From assembly GCA_965208505.1 (NCBI GenBank), contig OZ242339.1:2523162-2587161 (forward strand): a stretch of DNA of 64,000 nt, in the 5' to 3' direction. The notes beneath the pieces are model-generated. The model saw nothing but the letters and a program-made list of their open reading frames with translations, searched no databases and was not told the origin of the DNA. The stretch comes from Acidimicrobiales bacterium. Lineage in GTDB: Bacteria; Actinomycetota; Acidimicrobiia; Acidimicrobiales; Bin134. Numbering within the stretch: position 1 is the stretch's first letter; each line of letters starts with the position of its first letter. The position numbers and the translations under genes were made by a program. This document shows positions 29,172-39,230 of this stretch, piece after piece.

Positions 29172-31202
29172 TCAATCCTTGGTTGGCAGCAGCGGTTCGG
29201 GCAGCGGGCGGGCGTGTACCACCACGAGGCGCTGGGTGGCCCGGGTGATGGCTACATAAAGGGCCCGCATTCCCTTGGGGAGCTTCTCGCAAATGTCGGC
29301 CGGCTCCACTACCAATGCGGTGTCCACCTCAAGTCCTTTGACCAACTCCACTGGGACGATGGTCACCTGAGACTCAAGGCCCCGCTCATAAACCAGCCCG
29401 TGGTCTACTTGCGCGTCGGTCAGCGCCTTAGAGATGGTGTCGACCAGCGCGTTGTGGCAGATCACAGCAAGGTTCCCGTTGGCCAACGCGCCGAGTTCCT
29501 CAGTCACTTCACCGACGACGGCGCCAATGAGGCTGGTGTAGCCGGTTACGCGTCCCTGGCCGTTGCCGGAGGCAATTCGCTGGCCGTCGACGGGAACAAG
29601 TTGGGGGGGCTGGCCCTCGGTGCGAATCGATCGGGGCGGAATCAGGCCGGGAATGGCCGCATCAAGCACATGGGCGGCCACTTCCATGATGGGCTCAGGC
29701 AGGCGATAGCCAATGGTCAGCTCGGCAAATCGGGGTTCCTTGTTGCCAGGCAGGTGCTCGACCACGCTGTCCCAGGAGTCGTGGCCCCACGCTGAGGTGG
29801 CCTGCGCAATGTCGCCCACTACGGTCATCGACCCGTTGAGCGAGCGGCGGCTGATCATCCTGAGCTGCATGGGCGACAGATCTTGGGCCTCGTCCACCAC
29901 AATGTGCCCATAGGTGCGAACCGCATCGGCATGCCTGTGGCCGGGACGAGGACCCAGCAGCGCCAAGGCCTCATCGAGGAGGGGGGCGTCGTCGGCCGTC
30001 CACACCACTTCGGAGGCGTGGGCGGTCCGGGGCCGGTAGAGCAGGTCGGTTTCGTCGGGGGTGAGCACCGATCCGGCCGCGGAGCGCAGCAGCGCCGTCG
30101 AACCGAACAAGTCGTGAAGAAAGTGGGTCGGGGTGAGTACCGGCCACATCCACTCCAGGGCCTCACGCAGATCGACGCTGCCGTGAAGCCGCTCACGCAC
30201 CGTCTCGACGTCGGGGGCGGGGCTGTCGGTGCGGGCGCCGCTTTTGGCCAGGCATTTGTACATCTGCTCTTCGACGTATCGGCGGGCCCGATTGTGGGTA
30301 CGGAACCGCTTGCGGGCTTGGCGCACGATTTCTGCGCTCTGATCCACGGTGAGTCGAAGCCGCCGAAGACCAAAACCAACCGTCACGTCGGCGCGCAGCG
30401 GACGCTGGCGGTCGCGGCGGGCTCGGCGCAGTACCGAGATCATGCGCAAATCACCCTTGATGCGGGATACCCGAGGGCCGTCGAGCCCTTTGACCCGGGT
30501 GCCGGGCAGCAGGTCGGCCAACATCGATACCTCCACACCGGCCTCGCCCAGCGACGGCAGCACCTGCTCGATGTAGGTGAGGAACAGGCGATTGGGGCCG
30601 AGCACCAGCATCCCCTGGCCTTCCAGGGGGAAGCGGTGGGTGTAGAGCAGGTAAGCGGCTCGGTGGAGAGCGGCCACCGTTTTGCCCGTGCCAGGGCCGC
30701 CCTGCACCACCAGCACGCCGGGTAGGGGAGATCGGATAATGGCGTCCTGCTCGATCTGGATGGTGGCCGCCGCATCGGCCAGGCGACCGGTGCGCCCGGC
30801 CTCTAGCCCGGCTCGCAACGCGGCCTCCCCCACCAGGGGCAGGCGGCCGCGGCCGTTGTTCTCACCAAAGTACTCGTCCTCAACCCCCAGCAGCTCCTGG
30901 CCCCGGGTGACGAAATGGCGGCGGCGGGACAGGCCCATGGGCTCGCCGCCGGTAGCCCGATAGAAGGCCTCAGCCGCCGGGGCCCGCCAGTCGATGGTCA
31001 CCGGCTCCTGATCGTCGTCCCACACCGCCACCCGGCCCACATAGAGTCGGTCGCCGCCCTGTTCCTCGGCCCAGTCGAGGCGTCCGAACACCAGCGAGGA
31101 GTTGCCAATATCGAGTGCGCTGAGGCGGGTGCTAATCGAGTCCCAAATGATCTCCCGCTCGTAGCGGGCCTGGTGGGTGCCGCCGGCGCCCACCTCCACC
31201 AT
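29172..31202 (-). CDS. helD: UvrD-like helicase, HelD-type (RNA polymerase-associated)
   Basis: 676 aa. Walker A 'GGPGTGKTVAALHRAAYLLY', 'IVVDEAQDLSPMQ', 'MTVVGDIAQ' and C-terminal 'LYVAITRA'. The N-terminal region resembles actinobacterial HelD. The first canonical start is at 31202, but the conserved-looking frame extends upstream (see findings). Confidence 0.8.
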   Translation of the reverse strand: MVEVGAGGTHQARYEREIIWDSISTRLSALDIGNSSLVFGRLDWAEEQGGDRLYVGRVAVWDDDQEPVTIDWRAPAAEAFYRATGGEPMGLSRRRHFVTRGQELLGVEDEYFGENNGRGRLPLVGEAALRAGLEAGRTGRLADAAATIQIEQDAIIRSPLPGVLVVQGGPGTGKTVAALHRAAYLLYTHRFPLEGQGMLVLGPNRLFLTYIEQVLPSLGEAGVEVSMLADLLPGTRVKGLDGPRVSRIKGDLRMISVLRRARRDRQRPLRADVTVGFGLRRLRLTVDQSAEIVRQARKRFRTHNRARRYVEEQMYKCLAKSGARTDSPAPDVETVRERLHGSVDLREALEWMWPVLTPTHFLHDLFGSTALLRSAAGSVLTPDETDLLYRPRTAHASEVVWTADDAPLLDEALALLGPRPGHRHADAVRTYGHIVVDEAQDLSPMQLRMISRRSLNGSMTVVGDIAQATSAWGHDSWDSVVEHLPGNKEPRFAELTIGYRLPEPIMEVAAHVLDAAIPGLIPPRSIRTEGQPPQLVPVDGQRIASGNGQGRVTGYTSLIGAVVGEVTEELGALANGNLAVICHNALVDTISKALTDAQVDHGLVYERGLESQVTIVPVELVKGLEVDTALVVEPADICEKLPKGMRALYVAITRATQRLVVVHARPLPEPLLPTKD

Positions 31203-31358
31203 GTCTTTCAGCGACAGCGCTCTCTCCCGAGCCGATTCGAGGGCTTGGTGGGCCTGATCGATGTATGTCTGCTCCGCGGTGTGATCGGGATGAATCGGAG
31301 GCTCCTCAGACTCAGTGCAAAATCAGCGAACGTTCAAGCCTAGTACGTCTTTGCCCGA

Positions 31359-31619
31359 TTAAGAAGTGACGGGTTCGCCAATCTCTTTGAGGGCGTCGCC
31401 GATGGCGGCTCGCAGGCGGCGGGCCAGGGACGGCGAAAGGTGGGCTACCAGCCCGTAGCCGGCCTGGCCCACTTCCTCGACGGTGAGAACCACCCGCGGG
31501 ATGGCGTCTTCGTAGTCGTCGGCGATAGCCACCGCCCACGACACCGGAGAGAACTCATCGTCGTCTCCTGGGGGGAGATCGGCGGGGTCGAATGGGTAGT
31601 CGTCGATGGACCTGCGCAC
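31359..31619 (-). CDS. small acidic hypothetical protein
   Basis: Open frame divergent from hemE. GTG 31619 is chosen because the longer starts (31700, 31856) would overlap the hemE 5' end. No motif recognised. Confidence 0.35.
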   Translation of the reverse strand: MRRSIDDYPFDPADLPPGDDDEFSPVSWAVAIADDYEDAIPRVVLTVEEVGQAGYGLVAHLSPSLARRLRAAIGDALKEIGEPVTS

Positions 31620-31680
31620 TCTGTCGATGCTACTGGGGGTCGATGGTATCGGGAGCTTTGGTGATCGGTACGGTTTGGGC

Positions 31681-32733
31681 GTGGCTGACGGTGCTGCCAT
31701 CACCAACGATGCTTTTCTGCGGGCGTGTCGCGGCCTGCCCGTCGAGCGGATTCCGGTGTGGTTCATGCGCCAGGCGGGGCGGTCGCTGCCCGAGTACCGG
31801 GCTATTCGGGGGGAGGGATCGATGCTGGAGTCCCTGGCCCGCCCCGAGGTGGCCACCGAGATAACCCTCCAACCGGTGCGCCGCTATGGGGTGGACGCGG
31901 CCATCTTGTACTCCGACATTGTGGTTCCCACCCACGCCATCGGGTTCGGGGTGGACATCGTGCCCGGAGTGGGGCCTGTGGTGGAGCAGCCGTTCCGGGA
32001 AGCCCGAGATCTCGATCGTCTGCGCCCGCTCGATCCCGAGGCCGATACCCCCTATGTGCTGGAAACGGTACGAAATCTGGTAGCCGAGTTGGACGTGCCG
32101 TTGATCGCCTTTGCCGGGGCGCCGTTCACGGTGGCCTCCTATTTGGTGGAGGGAGGGCCGTCTCGCTCCCATGCCCTCACCAAGCAGTTGATGCACAGCG
32201 ATCCCGGACTGTGGGCCGCGCTGTTGGAACGCTTGGCTGACCTCGCCATCGCCTCCATCGGCTCGCAGCTCAACGCCGGGGCCTCTGCTTTTCAGTTGTT
32301 CGACTCCTGGGCGGGGGCGCTGGCCCCCGATGAGTATCGGCGGTTCGTGCTGCCGGCCAGCGAGCGGGTGTTTGCCGAACTGGGCGCTAAGGGGACGCGG
32401 GCGCCGGGTATCCACTTCGGGGTGGGCACCGGCGAGCTGCTGGAGCTTTTGGCCAAGGCCGGGGCCGACGTGGTTGGGGTGGATTGGCGGGTACACCTGG
32501 ACGATGCCCGGGAGCGGCTCGGACCCGACGTGGCGGTGCAGGGCAACTTGGACCCCGCCGTGGTGCTGGCACCATGGCCGGTGGTGGCCGAGCGGGCCAC
32601 CGACGTGCTGGACCGCAACGCCAGCCAGCCCGGGCACGTGTTCAACCTGGGCCACGGCGTGCTGCCCGAGACCGACCCCGAAGTGCTGGAGCAGGTGGTC
32701 GAGTTGGTTCACGGATACAAGGCTGCTCAGTGA
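31681..32733 (+). CDS. hemE: uroporphyrinogen decarboxylase
   Basis: '[32 protein letters not shown]' is the canonical HemE N-terminus. Start is GTG 31681 (ATG 31627/31606 are alternatives). Confidence 0.9.
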   Translation: MADGAAITNDAFLRACRGLPVERIPVWFMRQAGRSLPEYRAIRGEGSMLESLARPEVATEITLQPVRRYGVDAAILYSDIVVPTHAIGFGVDIVPGVGPVVEQPFREARDLDRLRPLDPEADTPYVLETVRNLVAELDVPLIAFAGAPFTVASYLVEGGPSRSHALTKQLMHSDPGLWAALLERLADLAIASIGSQLNAGASAFQLFDSWAGALAPDEYRRFVLPASERVFAELGAKGTRAPGIHFGVGTGELLELLAKAGADVVGVDWRVHLDDARERLGPDVAVQGNLDPAVVLAPWPVVAERATDVLDRNASQPGHVFNLGHGVLPETDPEVLEQVVELVHGYKAAQ

Positions 32734-32743
32734 AGGCATCTCC

Positions 32744-34078
32744 GTGAGAATTGCCGTAGTCGGCGCGGGCATCACCGGGTTGGCCGCGGGCTACGAAGCC
32801 GTCAAGGCCGGGGCCGAAGTGGTGGTGTACGAGGCTGCCGAGCGGGCGGGAGGCCGGATTCTCACCTCGGAGTTGGCCGGTCAGCTAGTGGACGAGGGAC
32901 CCGATGCGTTCTTGGCCCGGGTGCCGTGGGCGGTGGAACTGTGCCAAGAGCTGGGATTGGACGGTGGCCTGGTGTCGCCCGCCCAGCGAGCCGCGTTCGT
33001 GTACTCCCGAGGGGCGCTGCGGGCGATTCCCCAGCCCAACGTGCTGGGGGTGCCGCTGGACTTCGATGCCTTGGCCGCTTCGGGGATCGTTTCCCCCGAC
33101 GGCGCCGATCGGGCTCGCCAAGAGCCCGATTTGGCCGGGTCACCGCTGGTTGGCGACCAGTCGGTGGGCGAGCTCGTGCGGCGTCGGCTGGGCGACGAAG
33201 TGGCCGACCGGCTGGTAGACCCGCTGATCGGGGGCATCAACGCCTCGTCTATCGACGACCTGAGCATGCAGGCGGCGGTGCCTCAGTTGGCCGAAGCCGC
33301 GTCTGGCGGCTCCAGCTTGGTGCAGGAGCTGCGTCGGCTGGCCGCGTCTTCAACGGCCGACCCCGGCGCGCCGGTGTTCTACACCCTGGCTGATGGCTTG
33401 GAGCGGCTGACCGAGGAGCTCAGCGACCAATTGGGCGATGGGTTGCGACTGTCGTCCCCGGTAGTCGATTTGGAAGATCTGAATGCCGACCAGGTGATCG
33501 TGACCCTGCCTGCGCCCGCGTCTGGTGCTCTGGTGGCCCCGGTGTCGGCATCCGCCTCCGGTCTACTGCACAGCATCGACTACGCCTCGGTGGTGCTGGT
33601 GTCGCTGGCCTTCAACAAGGCCGATGTCGGCCACCCCATGGACGGCTCGGGCTATCTGGTGCCCGCAGTGGAAGGGCGCACCATCACCGCCTGCTCGTGG
33701 GCGTCGAGCAAGTGGGCCCACCTCGGGTCGGCCGAAACAGTGGTGCTTCGGGTATCGGCAGGGCGGTACCGCGACAATCGGGCGATGCTGATGGACGACG
33801 ATGCCCTGTTGAGCGCGGTGCGAGCCGACCTGGCGGCGACGATGGGCTTGAACGCCGAGCCCCACATGGTGCGCATCAGCCGGTGGGAGCAGTCGCTACC
33901 CCAGTTCCGCCCCGGCCATCTGGAGCTGGTGGCCGACATCGAACGGGCGCTGGCTCGTGATGCCCCCTGGTTGCAGGTAACCGGAGCGTGGGCTCGGGGC
34001 TTGGGGCTTCCGGCCTGCATCCACCAAGGCCGACAAGCCGCCCGGACCAGCCTGTCCGAAGGCGCAATCGCCCGATGA
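32744..34078 (+). CDS. hemY: protoporphyrinogen/coproporphyrinogen III oxidase (HemY/CgoX type)
   Basis: GTG 32744, then 'RIAVVGAGITGLAAGYE' FAD motif and '...GGRILT...DEGPDAF'. The ORF-track start at 32330 lies inside hemE. Confidence 0.85.
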   Translation: MRIAVVGAGITGLAAGYEAVKAGAEVVVYEAAERAGGRILTSELAGQLVDEGPDAFLARVPWAVELCQELGLDGGLVSPAQRAAFVYSRGALRAIPQPNVLGVPLDFDALAASGIVSPDGADRARQEPDLAGSPLVGDQSVGELVRRRLGDEVADRLVDPLIGGINASSIDDLSMQAAVPQLAEAASGGSSLVQELRRLAASSTADPGAPVFYTLADGLERLTEELSDQLGDGLRLSSPVVDLEDLNADQVIVTLPAPASGALVAPVSASASGLLHSIDYASVVLVSLAFNKADVGHPMDGSGYLVPAVEGRTITACSWASSKWAHLGSAETVVLRVSAGRYRDNRAMLMDDDALLSAVRADLAATMGLNAEPHMVRISRWEQSLPQFRPGHLELVADIERALARDAPWLQVTGAWARGLGLPACIHQGRQAARTSLSEGAIAR

Positions 34079-35562
34079 GCAGCCCACGACTCGCCGTATG
34101 GGCCCGCAAGAGCCGTTGGACCGCGGCGGGCTCCTTGGCAGCCGGCGGGCTGGTGGCGCTGTCGATGCCTCCATGGGGATGGTGGCCGCTGGCGCTCATC
34201 GGCCTATTGGCCTTCGAGCGTCTCATCGCCAACCAGCCGATCGGGGCACGAGCGTGGCGGGGGTTCGGGTTCGGGGCAGGCTGGCTGTTCCCGGCCACGT
34301 TCTGGATGGTCGATTTCACCCTGCCGGGGTATCTGGCGGTGTGCGTGGTGTTCTCGGTGCTGTACGGCCTGGTGGGGACGGCCAGTCCGTCGGGCCGCAG
34401 CCGATGGATGGCGCTGCCCGGACTGTTCGTGCTGGCCGGGGCCATCCGGTGGCGGTGGCCGTTCGGCGGGGTGCCGCTGGCCACCCTGCCCATGAGCCAG
34501 GTGGACACCCCATGGGCCACCACCGTGAGGGTGCTCGGTCCGTTGCTCCTGGTTGGGGTGACCGTGGCCCTGGCCATGGTTCTGGCCGCGGCACTGGAGC
34601 ACCGATGGCAAGCCGCATTGGCCCTGGCCGTAGTGGTGCTGGGTTTCTTGGGCTGGGCCGCATTGGCCCCCCGAGGCTCGGCCATCGAAACCATCGACGT
34701 GGCCGTGGTCCAGGGAGGCGGGCCGCAGCGAACCCGGGCCGCCAACACCGAGCCAGGGGTGGTGTTTGAGCGGCACCTAGAGGCCAGCCAACTAGTGCAG
34801 AAGCCGGTGGACCTGGTGGTATGGCCCGAAGACGTTGTGGACGTACACGGCCTGTTTGCCAACAGCGAGGAGCGTCTCCGGCTGGCTGAGCTGGCCCAAG
34901 AGCTCAACGCCACGCTGGTGGCCGGTGTGGTCGAAGACGTATCAGCCACCGAGGCGGCCAACTTCGCCGCCGTTTTCGCCCCCGACGGAACCATGCTGGG
35001 CCGCTACGACAAGGTCCGGCTGGTGCCATTCGGCGAGTACGTGCCCCTGCGGTCGCTCATCGAGCCATTGGCCCCCGACTACCTGCCAGCCCGAGACATG
35101 CGCCGGGGCGACACCCCCGCGGCGCTGGACACTCCGGCGGGCCGCCTCGGGGTATCCATCAGTTGGGAGATCTTCTTCGAGGATCGAGCCCGAGACGCCA
35201 TCGGCAACGGCGGCGAAGTGCTGCTGAACCCCACAAACGGGGCCAGCTATTGGCTCACCATCGTGCAAACCCAGCAGATTGCCAGCTCCCGACTACGAGC
35301 CTTGGAAACCGGCCGCTGGGTAGCCCAGGCCGCCCCCACCGGATTCAGCGCCTTCATCGATCCCGGCGGCAACGTCCACCAACGCACCGCCGTCTCCGAG
35401 CGCAAGGTCATCCACGCCGAAGTCGAGCTCCGCACCGGCCAAACCCTTGCCACCCGCTCCGGCCCCTGGCCCATGCTCGCCATTGCATTGGCCGCCCTGC
35501 TAGCCGCCTGGCTGGGCCACCAGCGCAGCACTACCCCACCCGCCAGCAGCAAAGCCCGCTGA
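34075..35562 (+). CDS. lnt: apolipoprotein N-acyltransferase
   Basis: ATGA overlap with the hemY stop. Multi-TM N-terminal half followed by a CN-hydrolase domain ('VVWPEDVV', 'YDKVRLVPFGEYVP', 'GVSISWEIFF'). Confidence 0.85.
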   Translation: MSSPRLAVWARKSRWTAAGSLAAGGLVALSMPPWGWWPLALIGLLAFERLIANQPIGARAWRGFGFGAGWLFPATFWMVDFTLPGYLAVCVVFSVLYGLVGTASPSGRSRWMALPGLFVLAGAIRWRWPFGGVPLATLPMSQVDTPWATTVRVLGPLLLVGVTVALAMVLAAALEHRWQAALALAVVVLGFLGWAALAPRGSAIETIDVAVVQGGGPQRTRAANTEPGVVFERHLEASQLVQKPVDLVVWPEDVVDVHGLFANSEERLRLAELAQELNATLVAGVVEDVSATEAANFAAVFAPDGTMLGRYDKVRLVPFGEYVPLRSLIEPLAPDYLPARDMRRGDTPAALDTPAGRLGVSISWEIFFEDRARDAIGNGGEVLLNPTNGASYWLTIVQTQQIASSRLRALETGRWVAQAAPTGFSAFIDPGGNVHQRTAVSERKVIHAEVELRTGQTLATRSGPWPMLAIALAALLAAWLGHQRSTTPPASSKAR

Positions 35563-36000
35563 CTAAACCTCCACCATCAGCGTCACGGGGCCGTCGTTGG
35601 TGAGTTCTACGGCCATCATGGCGCCGAAAGAGCCGGTGGCTACGGTGGCGCCTAGGGTGCGGAGCTCGGCGACCAAGTTGTCGATCAGGGTGGCGGCTTG
35701 GTCGGGGGCAGCGGCGGCCAGGAACGACGGACGGCGACCGCGGCTGATGTCGCCGTAGAGGGTGAACTGGCTCACCACCAGCAGCTCGCCGCTGGTGTCG
35801 GCCACCGACAGGTTCATGTGGTCGCTCTCGTCGGTGAAGATGCGCAGGTTCCACAGCTTGGAGGCCATCTTCTTCACCGTGTCGGCATCGTCGTCGTGGG
35901 TTACGCCAATGAGGCAGCACAACCCGGGGCCGATCTCTCCGATGACCTCGCCGTCTACCCGAACCCGGGCCTCCGCGGCCCGCTGCACCAGTGCTCGCAC
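35563..36000 (-). CDS. dtd: D-aminoacyl-tRNA deacylase
   Basis: GTG 36000. 'VRALVQRAAEARVRVDGEVIGEIGPGLCCLIGVTHDD...LLVVSQFTLYGD...GRRPSF...GSFGAMM' Dtd pattern, 145 aa. The longer ORF-track reading is a GC-driven upstream extension. Confidence 0.88.
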   Translation of the reverse strand: MRALVQRAAEARVRVDGEVIGEIGPGLCCLIGVTHDDDADTVKKMASKLWNLRIFTDESDHMNLSVADTSGELLVVSQFTLYGDISRGRRPSFLAAAAPDQAATLIDNLVAELRTLGATVATGSFGAMMAVELTNDGPVTLMVEV

Positions 36001-36075
36001 GGGGCAAAGATAACCGCTATTCCCAGAGGCTGAGCATTTGCCAAACCCACTGAATTCCGAAAGCCTTGTGGGGTT

Positions 36076-37341
36076 ATGGTCTCGGCGGATCGCCCGCTCA
36101 AAATCGCCCTTTTGTCGTACCGGGGCAAGCCCCATTGCGGCGGTCAGGGGGTGTACGTCCACCACCTCAGCCGGGCACTCACCGACCTGGGCCACCATGT
36201 GGAGGTGCTGAGCGGACAGCCCTATCCGGTATTGGACGACCTGGTGCCGCTGCACCAGCTCCCCAGCCTCGACATCTTCAACGACGCCCATCCCGGGCGC
36301 ATGCCGGGGTTCTGGGAGATCAAGACTTGGGCCGATGCTGCCGAAGTGGGCTCGTTCATGACCGGCGCCTTCTCGGAGCCGCTGGCATTCTCCATCCGAG
36401 CCTGGCAGTTTCTGCGCTCCCGAATCGGGGATTTCGACCTGGTACACGACAACCAGTCGCTGGGCTACGGGCTGCTGGCCATCGAACGCGACGGGCTGCC
36501 GGTATTGGGCACCATCCACCACCCCATCACCGTCGACCGCCAACTAGAGCTAGAACACGCCCGGGGCGCGGTGGAGCGGCTGGGCAAGCGGCGCTGGTAT
36601 TCCTTCACCCGGATGCAGTCCCGGGTGGCCCGCCGGCTTCACCGCATCATCACCGTGTCGGAGTCGTCGCGCGACGATATCGCCCGAGACCAAAAGGTGC
36701 CGCGCCGCCTCATGCACGTGGTTCCGGTGGGCGTGGACCCCGAGCAGTTCCGCCCGCTTCCCGGCGTGGACCGCCGCCCCGAGCAGATCATCACCACCGC
36801 CAGCGCCGATGTGCCCATGAAGGGCCTGCGCTACCTGCTCGAAGCGGTGGCCAAACTCCGCACTGAGCGGGATGTTCGCCTCATCGTCATCGGCAAGCCC
36901 CGCGAGGGGGGCACCTCGGCTGAGACCATTGCCAGCTTGGGTCTAAGCCAGGTGGTGGAATTCATCTCCGGGGTGCCCGACGAGCACATCGTGGAGCTGT
37001 ACGCCACCAGCTCGGTAGCGGTGGTGCCGTCGCTGTATGAGGGATTCTCGCTGCCCGCCATCGAAGCCATGTGCAGCGGCACACCGCTGGTGGCCACCAC
37101 CGGCGGGGCACTGCACGAGGTGGCCGGCCCCGACGGCCAAACCTGCGTGTCGGTGCCTCCCGGCGACAGCGAGGCATTGGCCGCCGCACTGAGCCGGGTT
37201 CTTGACGATCCGGCCATGGCGGCCCGCATCGGTGCAGCCGGGCGGGAGCGGGTGATCAGCCGATGGAGCTGGCACCGCACCGCGGAGCAAACGGCAGAGC
37301 ACTATCGGGCGCTGCTAAACGAGTGGCAGCCTGGCCGATAG
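36076..37341 (+). CDS. glycosyltransferase family 4 (GT-B fold)
   Basis: 421 aa. 'KIALLSYRGKPHCGGQGVYVHHLSRAL' N-terminus and C-terminal 'EGFSLPAIEAMCSGTPLVAT' EX7E-type motif. Confidence 0.85.
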   Translation: MVSADRPLKIALLSYRGKPHCGGQGVYVHHLSRALTDLGHHVEVLSGQPYPVLDDLVPLHQLPSLDIFNDAHPGRMPGFWEIKTWADAAEVGSFMTGAFSEPLAFSIRAWQFLRSRIGDFDLVHDNQSLGYGLLAIERDGLPVLGTIHHPITVDRQLELEHARGAVERLGKRRWYSFTRMQSRVARRLHRIITVSESSRDDIARDQKVPRRLMHVVPVGVDPEQFRPLPGVDRRPEQIITTASADVPMKGLRYLLEAVAKLRTERDVRLIVIGKPREGGTSAETIASLGLSQVVEFISGVPDEHIVELYATSSVAVVPSLYEGFSLPAIEAMCSGTPLVATTGGALHEVAGPDGQTCVSVPPGDSEALAAALSRVLDDPAMAARIGAAGRERVISRWSWHRTAEQTAEHYRALLNEWQPGR

Positions 37342-37374
37342 GCACGATTACCGGCGGCGGCTTTTGAATCAGCC

Positions 37375-38127
37375 ATGTTGACTGTTGACTACGACCGCCT
37401 GGGGTTGCAGCCGGGAGAACGGCTGCTCGATTTGGGATGCGGGTTCGGGCGCCACGCCTATGAGGCCGCTCGGCGGGGGGCCCAAGTTGTGGCCTGCGAC
37501 CTGGCCGCGGCTGAGTTGGCCCAAGTGCGGGCCACATTCGCGGCCATGACCGAATCGGGGGAGCAGTACCACGGAACGTGCCAGGCCGCTCAAGGCGACG
37601 CCACCCGTTTGCCGTTCCCTGATCAGTCGTTCGACCGGATAATCGCCTCTGAAGTGCTTGAACACGTGGACTCCGACGATGCGGCGCTGGCCGAGCTGAC
37701 CCGGATCCTGCGCCCCGGCGGCGTGCTGGCCGTGACCGTGCCCACCTGGTTTCCCGAGAAAGTGTGCTGGGCGCTGTCCGATGAATACCACGCCCCCAAG
37801 GCCGTCGGCGGCCACGTGCGGATCTACCGGCGCGGCGAACTCCGGCGTCGGCTCCGTCGGGCCGGCCTGGCCCCCTACACGGGCCATCATGCCCACGCGC
37901 TGCATAGCCCGTATTGGTGGCTGCGGTGTGCGGTCGGCCCCAACCGAGACGACCACCGGTTAGTGGCGGCTTATCGTCGGCTCTTGGAATGGGATATTGT
38001 TCGCCAACCGAAAATCACTCGAATAGCCGAACGGGTCCTGAGTCCAGTGCTGGGCAAAAGCCTGGTGCTTTACAGCCGGAAGCCAGGGTCACACAGTCCA
38101 AGGGAGACCGAGCTTGTCGTCGCCTGA
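37375..38127 (+). CDS. class I SAM-dependent methyltransferase (Methyltransf_11-like)
   Basis: 'LLDLGCGFGRH' motif I, 'DATRLPFPDQSFDRIIASEVLEHV' and 'LRPGGVLAVTVP'. Confidence 0.85.
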   Translation: MLTVDYDRLGLQPGERLLDLGCGFGRHAYEAARRGAQVVACDLAAAELAQVRATFAAMTESGEQYHGTCQAAQGDATRLPFPDQSFDRIIASEVLEHVDSDDAALAELTRILRPGGVLAVTVPTWFPEKVCWALSDEYHAPKAVGGHVRIYRRGELRRRLRRAGLAPYTGHHAHALHSPYWWLRCAVGPNRDDHRLVAAYRRLLEWDIVRQPKITRIAERVLSPVLGKSLVLYSRKPGSHSPRETELVVA

Positions 38128-39193
38128 ATCCCACAACCAGAGGGAAACTGATCTCGCTGTGCCTTCCCCAGCCGGCGTTTTGTCGACCTCCGATCTTGAG
38201 CTAACGGCCGACAGCATCGCCGAGTGGCAGCTTCCCAACGGCATGATCCCCTGGTTCCCCGGTGGCCATGCCGACCCGTGGAACCATGTGGAAGCGGCCA
38301 TGGCCCTTTCGGTAATGGGTCGCCGGGCCGAAGCCGAGCGGGCCTACCAGTGGCTGGCGGACAACCAGCGTCCCGATGGCTCCTGGCACCAGTACTACGT
38401 GACCGACGGTGTGGAGCAAGACAAGCTGGACGCCAACTGCGTGGCCTATGTGGCTGCTGGAACCTGGCACCACTACCTGTGTACCGGAGATCGGGCCTTT
38501 TTGGAGTCGATGTGGCCGGTGGTACAGCGGGCCATCGACTTTGTGCTCGACTTGCAGCTCCCCCGAGGCGAGATCCGCTGGGCCCGCCACGCCGACGGCA
38601 CGCCGTGGTCGTTCGCCCTGCTTACCGGCTCGTCCAGCATCTGCCACAGCCTGCGGTCGGCCATCGCCGCCGGCGAAGAACTGGGCAACGAGCGGCCCGA
38701 TTGGGAGCTGAGCGCGGCCCGGCTGGCCGATGTGATCCGCACCCAGCCCGACGCCTTCGCCCCCAAGCACCGCTGGGCCATGGACTGGTACTACCCGGTT
38801 CTGTCTGGCGTGGTCACCGGCCAAGAGGGCCGCACCATGCTGGCCTCCCGTTTCGACCGGTTCGTGATGGACGGCCTCGGGGTGCGGTGCGTGTCCGACA
38901 AGCCCTGGGTGACCGCGGCGGAGACCTGCGAGTGCATCATCGCCCACCTGGGCGTGGGCCGACGCGACATCGCTACCGAGATGTTCGAATGGGTGCAAGA
39001 CCTGCGGGCCGACGACGGCTCCTACTTCACCGGAATGGCCCACCCAGAGAGGGCCCACTTCCCCGCCGACGAGCGCACCACCTATACCGCCGCCGCCGTC
39101 ATCCTCGCCGCCGACGCCCTATCCGGCGCCTCCCCCGCCTCCACCGTATTCTCCAACCACCGCACCCTCCCCGAACTAATCACCATCGGCTGA
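38114..39193 (+). CDS. prenyltransferase/squalene-oxidase-repeat (alpha/alpha-toroid) protein
   Basis: 359 aa with repeated 'Q..DGSW/GG' style repeats ('NQRPDGSWHQYY', 'LPNGMIPWFPGG', 'RADDGSYFTG'). 14-nt overlap with the preceding methyltransferase gene. Confidence 0.65.
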   Translation: MSSPESHNQRETDLAVPSPAGVLSTSDLELTADSIAEWQLPNGMIPWFPGGHADPWNHVEAAMALSVMGRRAEAERAYQWLADNQRPDGSWHQYYVTDGVEQDKLDANCVAYVAAGTWHHYLCTGDRAFLESMWPVVQRAIDFVLDLQLPRGEIRWARHADGTPWSFALLTGSSSICHSLRSAIAAGEELGNERPDWELSAARLADVIRTQPDAFAPKHRWAMDWYYPVLSGVVTGQEGRTMLASRFDRFVMDGLGVRCVSDKPWVTAAETCECIIAHLGVGRRDIATEMFEWVQDLRADDGSYFTGMAHPERAHFPADERTTYTAAAVILAADALSGASPASTVFSNHRTLPELITIG

Positions 39194-39204
39194 GGCCCGG
39201 GCGG

Positions 39205-39230
39205 CAGACCTTCAGGTCTGAATCAGACCT
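39205..39230. promoter_or_regulatory. island-junction heptamer triplet forming two mutually exclusive hairpins
   Basis: CAGACCT (39205-39211), AGGTCTG (39214-39220) and CAGACCT (39224-39230). It sits between the stop of the + strand gene (39193) and the stop of the - strand ORF (39223-39225). Confidence 0.4.

Noticed and set aside
32330-34078. 582-aa version of hemY, and likewise the 326-aa ORF 35563-36543 for dtd and the 557-aa ORF 48439-50112 for the PQQ dehydrogenase
   Set aside because: In each case the upstream part overlaps the neighbouring gene or is low-complexity. An internal start with an ATGA/GTG junction and the family's N-terminal motif gives the expected protein length.
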